Assembly: GCF_009914755.1 (NCBI RefSeq) | Contig: NC_060935.1 | Direction: 5' to 3' (one strand) | Source: the human T2T-CHM13v2.0 reference genome, Homo sapiens | DNA length: 64,000 nt | In this document: positions 31,301-43,400 of the stretch, in pieces | Layout of the letters: each line of letters begins with the position of its first letter | Position numbering within the stretch: position 1 is the first letter of the stretch | Translations under genes and position numbers: made by a program | Notes under the pieces: model-generated | The model's input: only the letters and a program-made list of their open reading frames with translations | Told to the model about the DNA's origin: nothing | The model's database searches: none

Positions 31301-33840
31301 TCAAAGAAGTTTCTCAGAATGCTTCTGTCTAATTTTTATGTGAAGGTATTTCCTTTTTCACCATAGGCCGCAAAATACCCTCAAATGTCCCTTTGCAGGT
31401 TCTACAAAAAGACTGTTTCCAAAATGCTCAATCAAAAGAAGGGTTCAACTCTGTGAGATGGATGCACACATCATAAAGAAGTTACCCAGAAAGCTTCTGT
31501 TCAGTTTTTATATGAAGATGTTTCCGTTTTCACCATGGGCCTCAAAATGCTCAGAAACATCCTTTTGCAGATTCTACAAAAAGACTGTTTCCAAACTCCC
31601 CAATCAAAACAAAGTTTCAAGTCTGTGAAATGAATGCATGCAACACAAAGAAGTTTCTCAGAAAGCTTCTGTCAAATTCTTATGTGAAGATATTCCCTTT
31701 TTCAACATGTGCTGCAATGGGATACAAGTATCCCTTTGCAGATTCTGCAAAGACTGTTTCCAAACTGCTCAATCTAAAGAAAGGTTCAACTCTGTCAGCT
31801 GAATGCATGCATCACAAAGAAGTTTCTCAGAAAGGTTCTGTCTAGTTCTTATGTGAACATATTTCCTTTTTCACCTTAGGCCTCAAAGGGCTCCCAAATA
31901 TCCCTTTGCAGATTCTAGAAAGAGACTTTTTCCAAACTGCTCAATCAAAACAAAAGTTCAACTCTGCTATTTGAATGGACACATCATAAAGAAGTTTAAT
32001 GGAAACCTTCTGTCTAGTTATTATGTGAAGCTATTTCCTTATTCACCATAGGCCTCAAACTGCTCTGAAATATCCCTTTGCAGATTCTAGAAAAAGACTG
32101 TTTCCAAACTGCTCAATCAAAAGAAATGTTCAACTCTGTGAGATGAATACACACATCCCAAAGAAGTTTCTCAAAACACTTCTGTCTAGTTTTTATGTGA
32201 AGATATTTACTTTTTCACCATAGGCCTCAAAGTGCTCCCAAATATCCCTTTGCAGATGAATGCATGCATCACAAACAATTTTCTCAGAAGGCTTCTGTCT
32301 AGTTTTTATGTGAAGATATTCACTTTTTCACCATAGACCTCAAAGTGCAGATTCTAGAAAAAGACTGTTTCCAAACTGTTCAATCAAAAGGAAATTTCAA
32401 CTCTGTGAGATGAATGCATGCATCACAAAGAAGTTTCTCAGAAAGCTTCTGTCTAGTTTTTATGTGAAGATATTTCCTTTTTCAACATAGGCCTCAAACT
32501 GCTCAGAAATATCCCTTTGAAGATTCTACAAAAAGACTGTTTCCAAACTGCTCAATCAAAAGAAATATTCTACTCCATGAGATGAATGTGCACATCACAA
32601 AGAAATTTCTCAGAAAACTTCTGTCCAGTTTTTATGTGAAGATATTCCCTTTTTCACCATGGGCCTCAAGGGATCCCAAATATCCCTATTCAGATTCTAC
32701 AAAAAGTCTGTTTCCAAACTGCTCAATCAAAAGAATGGTTCATCTCAGAGAGATGAATGCACACTTCAAAAAGAAGTTTCTCAGAAACTTTCTGTTTTGT
32801 TTTATATGAAGATATTTCCTTTTTTAACATAGGCCTCAAAGCGCCATCAAATATCCCTTTGCAGATTCTACAAAAAGACTGTTTCCAAGCTGCTCAATCA
32901 AAAGAAAGTTTCAATTCAGTGAGATGAATGCACACATCACAAACAAGTTTCTCAGAAAGTTTCAGTCTAGTTTTTATGTGAAGATACTCCATTTTTCACC
33001 AGAGGCCTCAAAGGGTTCCCAAATATCCCTTTGCATATTCTACAAAAAGACTCTTTCCAAACTGCTCAATCAAGAGAAAGTTTCAACTCGGTGAGATGAA
33101 TGCCCCCATCACAAGGAAGTTACTCAGAAAGGTTCTGTCCAGTTTTTATGTGAAGATATTTCCTTTTTCACCTTAGGAATCAAAGGGATCTCAAATATCA
33201 CTTTGCAGATGTTATAAAAAGACTGTTTCCACACTGGTCAATCAAAAGAAACATTCAATTCAGTGAGATGAATGCCCACATCAGAAAGAAGTTCCTCAGA
33301 AAACTTCAGTCTAGTTTTTATGTGAAGATATTACATTTTTCACCATAGATCTTGAAGGCTCCCAAATATCCCTTTGCAAATTCTACAAAAAGACTATTTC
33401 CAAGCTGCACAATCAAAAGAAAGTTTCCACTCTGAGGGATGAATAAATATATGACAAACAAGTTTCTCAGAAAGCTTCTGTCTGGTTTTTATTGGAAGAT
33501 ATTCCCTTTCTCACCATAGGCCTGAAACCGCTCAGAAATAGCCCTTTGTAGACCTTAAATACGACTGTTTACAAACTGCTCAATAAAAAGAAAGGTCAGC
33601 TCTGTGAGATGAATGTCCTTATTACAAAGAAGTATCTCAGAAAGTTTCTGTCTAGTTTTTATGTGAAGATATTTCCTTTTTCACCGTAGGCCTTAAACCG
33701 CTCAGAAATATCCCCTTAGACATTCTAGAAAAAGACTGTTTCCAAACTGCTCAATCAAATGAAAGGTTTAACTCTGTGAGATGAATGCACACATCACAAA
33801 GAAGTTTCTCAGAAAGCTTCTGTCTAGTTTTTATGTGAAG
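25356..33840 (-). repeat. Monomeric alpha satellite, older layer, block 3
   Basis: agaaagcttctg / atatccctttgcag / aagactgtttcc monomer type; 172-bp period measured at 28600 to 28772. Confidence 0.97.
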
Positions 33841-36800
33841 ATATTCCCTTTTGAGCTACAGGAATTAAAGCATTACAAATATCCATTTGCAGATACTACA
33901 AAAAGAGTGTTTCCAAATTGCTCAATCAAAAGAAAGGTTCAATGCTTTGAGTTGAATGCACAGATCACAAAGAAGTTTCTGAGAATCCTTCTGTCTAGTT
34001 TTTATGTGAAGATATTTCCTTTTTTAACATAGGCCTAAAACTGGTCACAAGTATTCCTCTGCAGATACTACAAAAATACTGTTTCCAAAGTGCTCCATCA
34101 AAAGAAAGGTTCAACTCTGTGAGATGAATGCACACATTGCAAAGAAGTTTCTCAGAATGCTTCTGTCTAGTTTTTATATGAAGATACTTCCTTTTACACC
34201 ATAAGCCTCAAAGTGCTCCAAATATCCATTTGCAGATTATACAAAAAGATGGTTTTCAAACTGCTCAATCAAAAGAAAGGTTGAACTGTGTGAGATGAAT
34301 GCACACATCACAAAGACGTTTCTCAGAATGCTTCTGTCTAGTTTTTATGTGAAGATAATTCCTTTTTCACCGTAGGCCTAAAACTGTTCACAAATATCCC
34401 TCTGCAGATACCACAAAAAGACTGTTTCCATACTGCTCCATCAAAGGAAAGGTACAACTCTGTGAGATGAAAGCGCACATCACAAACAAGTTTCTCAGAT
34501 TGCTTCTGTCTAGTTTTTATGGGAAGATATTTCCTTTTTCACCGTAGGCCTCAAAACCTTCTGAATATCCACTTGCAGGCACTACAAAAAGACTGTTTCC
34601 TAACTGCTCAATCAAAATAAAGGCTCAACTCTGTGAGATGAAAGCACACATCACAAAGAAGTTTCTCAGAAAGCTTCTTTCTAGTTTTTATGTGAAGATA
34701 ATTCCTATTTCACCATAGGCCTCAATGGGCTCACAAATATCCATTTGCAGATTCACCAAAAGGACTGTTTTCAAACTGTTCAATCAAAAGAAAGGTTCAA
34801 CTCTGTGAGATGAAGGGACACATCACAAAGAAGTTTCTCAGAATGCTTCTGTCTAGTTTTTAAGTGAAGATATTTCCTTTTTCACCATAGGCCCCAAAGC
34901 ACTTCAAATATCACTTTGCACATTGTGCAATAAGACTATTTCCAAACTACTGAATCAAAAGAAAAGTTGAACTCTGTGAGATGAATGCAAATATCACAAA
35001 GAAGTTTCTCAGAATGCTTCTGTCTAGTTTTTGTGTGAAGATATTCCCTTTTTCACCATATGCCTTAAACAGCTCACAAGTAACCATTTGCAGTTTCTAC
35101 AAAAAGACTGTTTCCAAACTGCTCCATCAGAAGAAAGGTTCAACTCTGTGAGATGAATACACACATGACAAACAAGTTTTGCAGAATGCTTCTGTCTACT
35201 TTTTATGTGAAGATATTTCCTTTTTCACCATAGGCTTCAAAGCGCTCAAAATATCCATTTGCATATTCTTCCAAAAGAGTGTTTCCAAACTGCTCAATCA
35301 AAAGAGAGGTTCGACTCTGTGAGATGAAAGCACACATCATAGAGTAGTTTCTCAGAAGGATTCTGTCTAGTTTTCATGTGATGATATTTCCTATTTCACA
35401 GTAGGCCACAAAGGTCTCAAAAATAACCCTTTGCAGATTCTACAAAAAGACTACTTCCAGACTGCTCAATCAAAAGAAAGGTTCAAATCTGTGAGATGAT
35501 TGACACATCACAAAGAAGTTTAAAAGAGTGCTTCTGCCTAGTTTCTATGTGAAGGTACTTCTTTTTCACCATAGGCCTCAAATGACTCTAAAATATCCCT
35601 TTGCAGATTGTACAAAAAGCCTGTTTCCAAACTGCTCTATCAAAAGTAAGTTTCAACTCTGTGAGATGGATGCTCACATCACAGAGGAGTTTCTCAGAAT
35701 GCTTCTGTCTAGTTTTTATGTGAACATATTTCCTTTTTCACCATAGTCCTCAAAGTGCTCCAAATATTCATTTGCAGATTCTTCAAAAAGCCCATTTCCA
35801 AACTGCTCAATCAGAAGAAACTTTCAACACTGTGAGATTAATGCACACATCACAAAGTAGTTTCTCAGAAAGCTTCTTTCTAGTTCTTATGTGAAAATAT
35901 TTCCTTTTTCACCATAGGCTCCAAAGCACAGCAAATACCCATTTGCAGATTCTACAAAAAGACTGTTTCCAAGCTGCTCAATAAAAAGAAAGTTTCAGCT
36001 CTGTGAGATGAATGGACACAACACAAAGAAGTTCCCCAGAATGCTTCTGTCTTGTTTTTATGTGAAGATACAGCTTTTTCACTGTATGTCTCAAGCGGCT
36101 TGGAAATATCCCTTTGCAGATTGTACAAAAGGCTGTTTCCAACATGCTCAATCAAAAGAAAGTTTCAACTCTGTGAGATGAATGAACACATCACAAAGAA
36201 GTTTCTAAGAAAGATTCTGTTTAGTTTTAATGTGAAGGTATTTCCTTTTCAACCATAGGTCTAAAATCACTCCAAAAATCCATTTGCATATTCTACAAAA
36301 AGAGTGTTTCCAAACTGCTCAATCAAAAGAAAGTTTCAAGTCTGTGAGATGAATGCACACCTCACGAAGAAGTTTCTCAGAATGTTTCTGTCTTGTTTTT
36401 ATGTGAAGATATTTCTTTTTTCACCATAGGCATTAAACCACTCAGAAATATCCCTCTGCCGATACTCCAAAAGACTGTTTCCAAACTGTTCCATCAAAAG
36501 AAAGGTTCAGCACTGTGAGAACAATGCACACATCACAGAGAAGTTTCTCAGAATGCTTCTGTCTTCTTTTTATGTGAAGATATTTCCTTTTTCAACATCA
36601 GCCTCAATCGCTCCAATTACCCTTTGGCAGATTCTTCCAAGAGACTGTTTCCAACCTGCTCAAGCAAAAATGAGTTTCAACTCTGTGAGACGAATTGAAG
36701 CAACAGAAGGAAGTTTCTCAGAATTCGTCTGTCTAGTTTTTATATGAAGATACTTCTTTTTCACCATAGGCTTCATAGGACTCAGAAATATCCCTTTGCA

Positions 36801-39800
36801 GATTGCACAAAATGATGGTTTCCAAACTGCTCTATCAAAAGAAAGATACAACTCTGTGAGATGAGTGCACACATCACAAAGAAGTTTCTCAGAATGCTTC
36901 TGTCTAATTTTTATGTGAAGGTACTTCCTTTTTCACCATAGGCCTGAAAGCACTCCAAATATCCATTTGCAGGTTCTACAAAAAGAGTGTTTCAAAATGG
37001 CTCAATCAAAAGAAAGTTTCAACCCTGGGAGATGAATGCATGCATCACAAAGAAGTTTCTCAGAATGTTTCTGTCTGGTTTTTATGTGAAGATATTTCCT
37101 TTTTCAACATGAGCCTTAGACTGGTCACAAATATTCATCTGCAGATACTACAAAAAGACTGTTTCCAATGTGCTCCATGAAAAGAAAAGTTCAACTCTGT
37201 GAGATGAAAGCACACATCCCAAAGAAGTTTCTCAGAATGCTTCTCTCTAGTTTTTATGTGAAGATTCTTCCTTTTTCGCTATAAGCCTGAAAGCACTCCA
37301 AATATCCATTTGCATATTCTACAAAAAGAGGGTTTCCAAACTGCTCAATCAAAAGAAAGCTTCAACCGTGTGAAATGAATGCACACATCACAAAGAAGTT
37401 TCTCAGAATGCTTCTGTCTAGTTTTTATGTGAAAGTAATTCCTTTTTCACCATAGGCCTTAAACCATTCACAAATATCCCTCTGCAGATACTACAAAAAG
37501 ACTGTTTCCAAACTGCTCCATCAAAGGAAAGGTAGAAAAGAAAGGTGAAATGAAAGCACACATCATAAAGAAGTTTCTCAGAATGCTTCTGTCTAGTTTT
37601 TATGTGAAGATATTTACTTTTCTTCATAGGCCTAAAAGCGCTCCAAACATCCACTTTCATATTTTACAAAAAAAGTGTTTCCAAACTGCACAATACAAAG
37701 AAATGTTCAACTCTGAGAGATGAATGCACACATCACAAAGAAGTTTCTCAGAATGCTTCTGTCTAGTTTTTATGTGAAGATATTCCCTGTTTTACCATAG
37801 ACCTTAAACAACTCACAAATATCCATTTGCAGATTCTACAAAAAGAATATTTCCAAACTGCTCCATCAAAAGAAAGGTTCAACTCTGTGAGACGAATGCA
37901 AACAACACAAAGAAGTTTCTCAGAATGCTTCTGTCTACGTTTTATGTGAAGATATTTCCTTTTTCACCATAGGCTTCAAAGCACTCAAAATGTCCATTTC
38001 AATGTTCTACCAAAAGACGTTTTCCAAATTGCTCAATCTAAAGAGAGGTTCAACTCTGTGAATTGAAAGCTCACCTCCTAGAGCAGTTTCTCAGAAGGAT
38101 TCTGTCTAGTTTTTATGTGAAGCCATTTCATATTTCACAATAGGCCATTAAGGGCTCAAAAATATCCCTTTGCAGATTGTACAAAAAGACTGTTTCCACA
38201 CTGCTCCATCAAAAGAAATCTTCAAATCCGTGAGATGAATGGACACATCACAAAGAAGTTTCAAAGAATGCTTCTGTCTAGTTTTTATGTGAATATATTT
38301 CCTTTTTCACCATAGGCCTCAAAGTGCTCCAAATATTCATTTGCAGATTCTTCAAAAAGCCTATTTACAAATTGCTCAATCAAAAGAAACGTTCAACTCA
38401 GTGGATTAATGCACTCATAACAAAGAAGTTTCTCAGAAAGCTTCTGTCTAGTTCTTATGTGAAAATATTTCCTTTTTCACCATAGGCTCCAAAGCACAGC
38501 AAATATCCATTTGCAGATTATACAAAAAGACTGTTTCCAAACTGCTCAATCAAAAGAATTTTTCAATACTGTGAGTTGAATGCACACATCACAAAGAAGT
38601 TTCTCAGAATGCTTCTGCCTAGTTTTTATGTGAAGATAATTCATTTTTCACCATAGGCTTAAATGGCTCAAAAATGTCCCTCAGCAGATACTACAAAAAG
38701 ACTGTTTCCAAACTGCTTCATCTAAAGAAAAGTTGAACCATGTGACATTAATGTGCACATCACAAAGAAGTTTCTCAGAATGCTTCTGTCTCGTTTTTAT
38801 GTGAGGATATTTGCTTTTTCACCATAGGTCTCAAAGCGCTCCAAATATCCATTTGCAGATTCTACAAAAAGAGTGTTTCAAAACTGCTCAATACAAGGAA
38901 AGTTTCAACTCTGTGAGATGAATGCACACACCAGAAAGAAGTTTCTCAGAATGCTTCCATCTAGTTTTCATCTGAAGATATTCACTTTTTCACCATAGGC
39001 CTCAAAGTGCTGCAAATATCCATTTGCAGATACTACAAAAAGACTGTTTCCAAACTGCTCAATCAAGAGGTTCAACACCATGAGATGAATGCACACATCA
39101 GAATGAAGTTTCTCAGAACGCTTCTGTCTAGTTTTTTTGTGAAGATATTTCCTTTACCACCACAGGCCTCAAAGTGCTCCAAATATCCACTTACAGATTC
39201 TAGAAAAAGACTGTGTCAAAACTGCTCAATCAATAGAAAGTTTCAACTCTGTGAGATGAATGCACACGTCACAAAGAACTTACTGAGAATGCTTCTGTCT
39301 AGTTTTTATGTGAAGATATTTCCTTTTCCAACATAGGCCTCAAAGCACTCCAAATATCCACTTGCAGATTCTACAAAAAGAGTGTTTCCAAAGTGCTCAA
39401 TCAAAAGACGGATTCAGCTCTATGAGATGAATGCACACTTCACAAAGAAGTTTCTCAGATTGCTTCTGTCTAGTTTTTATGTGATCCTATTTCTTTTTTC
39501 AACATAGGCCTCAATGCGCTCCAAGTATCCATTTGCTCATACTTCAAAAAGACGGTTTCCAAACTGTTTAATCAAAGCAAAGGTTCCACTCTGTGAGATG
39601 AAAGCACACATCACAAAGAAGTTCCTCGGAATGCTTCTGCCTAGTTTTTATGGGAAGATATTTCCTTTTTCACCGTAGGCCTCAAAGCGCTCCCAATATC
39701 CATTTGCAGATTCTACAAAAAGACAGTTTCCAAAACGCTCAATCAAAAGAAAGGTTTAACTTGTGAGATGATTGCACACATCACAAATAAGTTTCTCAGA

Positions 39801-40400
39801 GTTTCTGTCTAATTTTTATGTGAAGATATTTCGTATTTCCCCAGAGGTCTCAATGGGCTCACAAATATCCCTTTGCGGATTCTACAAAGTGACTGTTTCC
39901 AAACGGCTCAATCAAAGGAATGGTTCAACTCTGTGTGATGAATGCACACATCACAAAGAAGTTTCTCAGAATGCTTCTGTCTAGTTTTTTTGTGAAGATG
40001 TTTCCTTTTAAACTATAGGCCGCAAAGCCCTCCAAATATCCCCTTGCAGATTCTACCAAAAGTTCCGTTTAGTTCTTATGTGAAGATATTTCCTTTTTCA
40101 CCATAGGCCTTAAACCACTCACAAATATCCCTCTGCAGATACTACAAAAAGGCTGTTTCCAAACTGCTCCATCGAAAGAAAGCTTCAACTGTTTGAGATG
40201 AATGTACACATCCCAAAGGAGTTTCTCAGAATGCTTCTGTCTAGTTTTTATGTGAAGATATTCCCCTTTTCACCATAAGCCCTAAACCGCTCACAAATAT
40301 GCCTCTGTAGATACTACAAAAGGATGGTTTCCACACTGCTCCATCAAAAGAAACGTTCAACTCTGTGAGATGAATGCACACATCACAAAGATGTTTCTGA
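33841..40400 (-). repeat. Monomeric alpha satellite, transitional mixed layer (boundaries approximate)
   Basis: Switch to agaatgcttctg. Mixture of gctccaaatatccatttgcag (one base shorter) and tcacaaatatccctctgcagatac monomers. Confidence 0.75.
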
Positions 40401-43400
40401 GAATGTTGCTGTCTAATTTTTATGTGAAGATACTTCCTTTTCCACCATAGGCTTCAAAGTGCTCCAAATATCTACTTGCAGAATCTAGAAAAAGAGTGTT
40501 TCCAAACTGCTCAATCAAAAGAAAGTTTCATCTCTGTGAGATGAATGCACACATCACAAACAAGTTTCTGAGAATGCTGCTATCTAATTTTTATGTGAAG
40601 ATATTTCCTTTTCCACCTTAGGCTTCAAAGTGTAGATTCTACAAAAAGAGTGTTAAAAACTGCTCAATCAAAATAAAGGTGTAACTCTGTGAGATGAATG
40701 CGAATATCACAAATATGTTTCTCAGAATGCTTCTGTCTAGTTTTTATGCAAAGATATTTCCTTTTCAACTATAGGCCTCAAAGAGCTCCAAATATAAATT
40801 TGCAGATACTACAAAAAGAGTGTTTCCATACTGCTCAATCAAAAGAAAATTTCAGCACTGTGAGGTGAATGCACACATCTGAAAGAAGTTAATCAGAATG
40901 CTTCTGTCTAGTTTTTATGTGAAGAGATTTCCTTTTCAATTATAGGCCTCAAAGTGCTCCAGATTTCCGTTTGCATATACTACGAAAAGAGTATTTCCAA
41001 ACTGCTCAATCAAAAAAAATTTCAACTCTGTGAGTTGAATGCACACATCACAAGGAAGTTTTTGATAATGCTTCTGTCTAGTTTTTACATGAAGATATTT
41101 CCTTTTCCCTCATAGGTCACAAAGGGCTCCCAATATCCAATTGTAGATTCTACAAAAAGAGTTTTTCAAATATGCTCAATTAAAAGAAAGTTTCAACCCT
41201 GTGAGATGAATGCACACATCAAAATTAGTTTCTGAGAATGCTTCTGTCTAGTTTTTTTGGAAGATATTTCCTTTTCAACAATAGGCCTCAAAACACTTGA
41301 AATATACATTTGCAGATAATACAAAAAGAGTGTTTCCAAACTGCTCAATCAAAAGAAAGGTTCAACTCTGTGAGTTGAATGCACACATCACAACGAAGTT
41401 TCAGAGAATGCTTCTGTCTAGTTTTAATGTGAAGATATTACCTTTTCCACCATAGGCCCCAAAGCCCCCCAAATATCCTTTTGTGGATTCTACAAAAAGA
41501 GAGTTTCAAAACTGCTCAATCAAAACAAAATTTCAATTCTGTGAGGTGAATGCAAACATCATAAAGAAGTTTCTCAGAATGCTTCTGTCTAGTTTTTATG
41601 TGAAGATATATCCTTTTCAGCTAAGGGCCTCAAAGGGCTACAAATATCCATTTGCAGATACTAAAAAAGAGTGTTTCCAAACTGGTCAATCAAAAGAAAG
41701 GTTCAACTCTGTGAGTTGCATGCACACATCACAAAGAAGTTTCTGAAAATGCTTCGGTCTTGTTTCTTTGTGAAGATATTTTCTTTTCCACCATAGGCCT
41801 CAAAGTGCTCCAAATATCCACTTGCAGATTTTACAAAAAGAGTGTTTACAAACTATTCCATCAAAAGAAAGGTTCAACTCTGTGACATGAATGCACACCT
41901 CACAAAGAAGTTTCTCAAAATGCTTCTGTCTAGTTTTTAAGTAAAGATACTTCCTTCTCCACATAGGCCTCAAAGCGCACTGAATATCCATTTGCAGACA
42001 CTACAAAAAGAGTGTTTCGAAATTCTCAATCAAAAGAAAGTTTCAACTCTGTGAGTTGAATGCACACATCACAAAGAAGTTTCTGAGAATTCTTCTGTCT
42101 AGGTTTTATGTGAAGATATTTCCTTTTCCACCATAGGCCACAAAGTGCTCCAAACATCCACTTGCAAATTCTACAAAAGGAGGGTTTCCAAACTGCTCAA
42201 TGAAATAAAATGTTCAACTCTGTGAGTTGAATGAACCCATCACAAAGAAGTTTCTGAGAATGCTTCTTTCTAGTTTTTCTGTGAAGTTATTTCATTTTCT
42301 ACAGTACCCCACAAAGAGTTCCAAATATCCACTTGCAGATTCTACAACAAGTGTTTACAAACTACTCAATCAAAAGAAAGATTCAAATCTATGAGATGAA
42401 TGCACACATCACAAAGAAGTTTCTCAAAATTCTTCTGTCTATTTTTTATGCTAAGATATTTCCTTTTCCACCATAGGCCTCAAAGCGCCTAAAACATCCA
42501 CTTGCAGATTCTCCAAAAAGAGTGTTTCAAAACTGCCCAATCAAAAGAAAGGTTCAACTCTGTGAGGTGATTGCACACATCACAAAGAAGTTTCTCAGAA
42601 TGCTTCTGTCTAGTTTTTATGTGAAGATATTTCCTTTTCAGCTACTTGCCTCAAAGCACTTTAAATATCCATTTGCAGATACTACAAAACGAGTGTTTCC
42701 AAACTGCTCAATCAAACAGAAGATCAACTCTGTGAGTTCAATGCACACATCACAAAGAAGTTTCTCAGAATGCTTCTGTCTAGTTTTTTTGTGCAGATAT
42801 TTCCTTTAAAACCATAGGCCTTAAGAACCCCAAATATCCATTTGCAGATACTACAAAAAGAGTGTTTCCAAACTGCTCAAAGAAAGGTTCAATTCTGAGA
42901 GTTGAATGCAGACACTACAAAGAAGTTTCTCAGAATGATTCTGTCTAGTTTTTATGTGAAGATATTTCCTTTTCCACCATAGGCCTCAATTCCCTCCAAA
43001 TATCCACTTGCAGATTCTGCAAAAAGAGTGTTTCCAAACTGCTCAAAGAAAGGTTCAACTCTGTGAGATGAATGCACACATCACAAAGAATTTTCTCAGA
43101 ATGCTTTGTCTAGTTTTTATGTGAAGATAATTCAATTTCAACGATAGACCTCAAACAGCTCCAAACATCCATTTGCAGATACTACAAAAAGAGTGTTTCC
43201 AAACTGCTAACAAGAAAGTTTGAACTCTGTGAGTTGAATGCACACATCACAAGGACGTTTCTGAGAGAATGCTTCTGTCTAGTTTTTATGTGAAGATATT
43301 TCCTTTTAAGTTACAGGCCTCAAAGTGGTCCAAATATCCACTTGCAGATTCTGCAAAAAGAGCGTTTCAAAACTGCTCAATGATAACAAATGATCAACTC

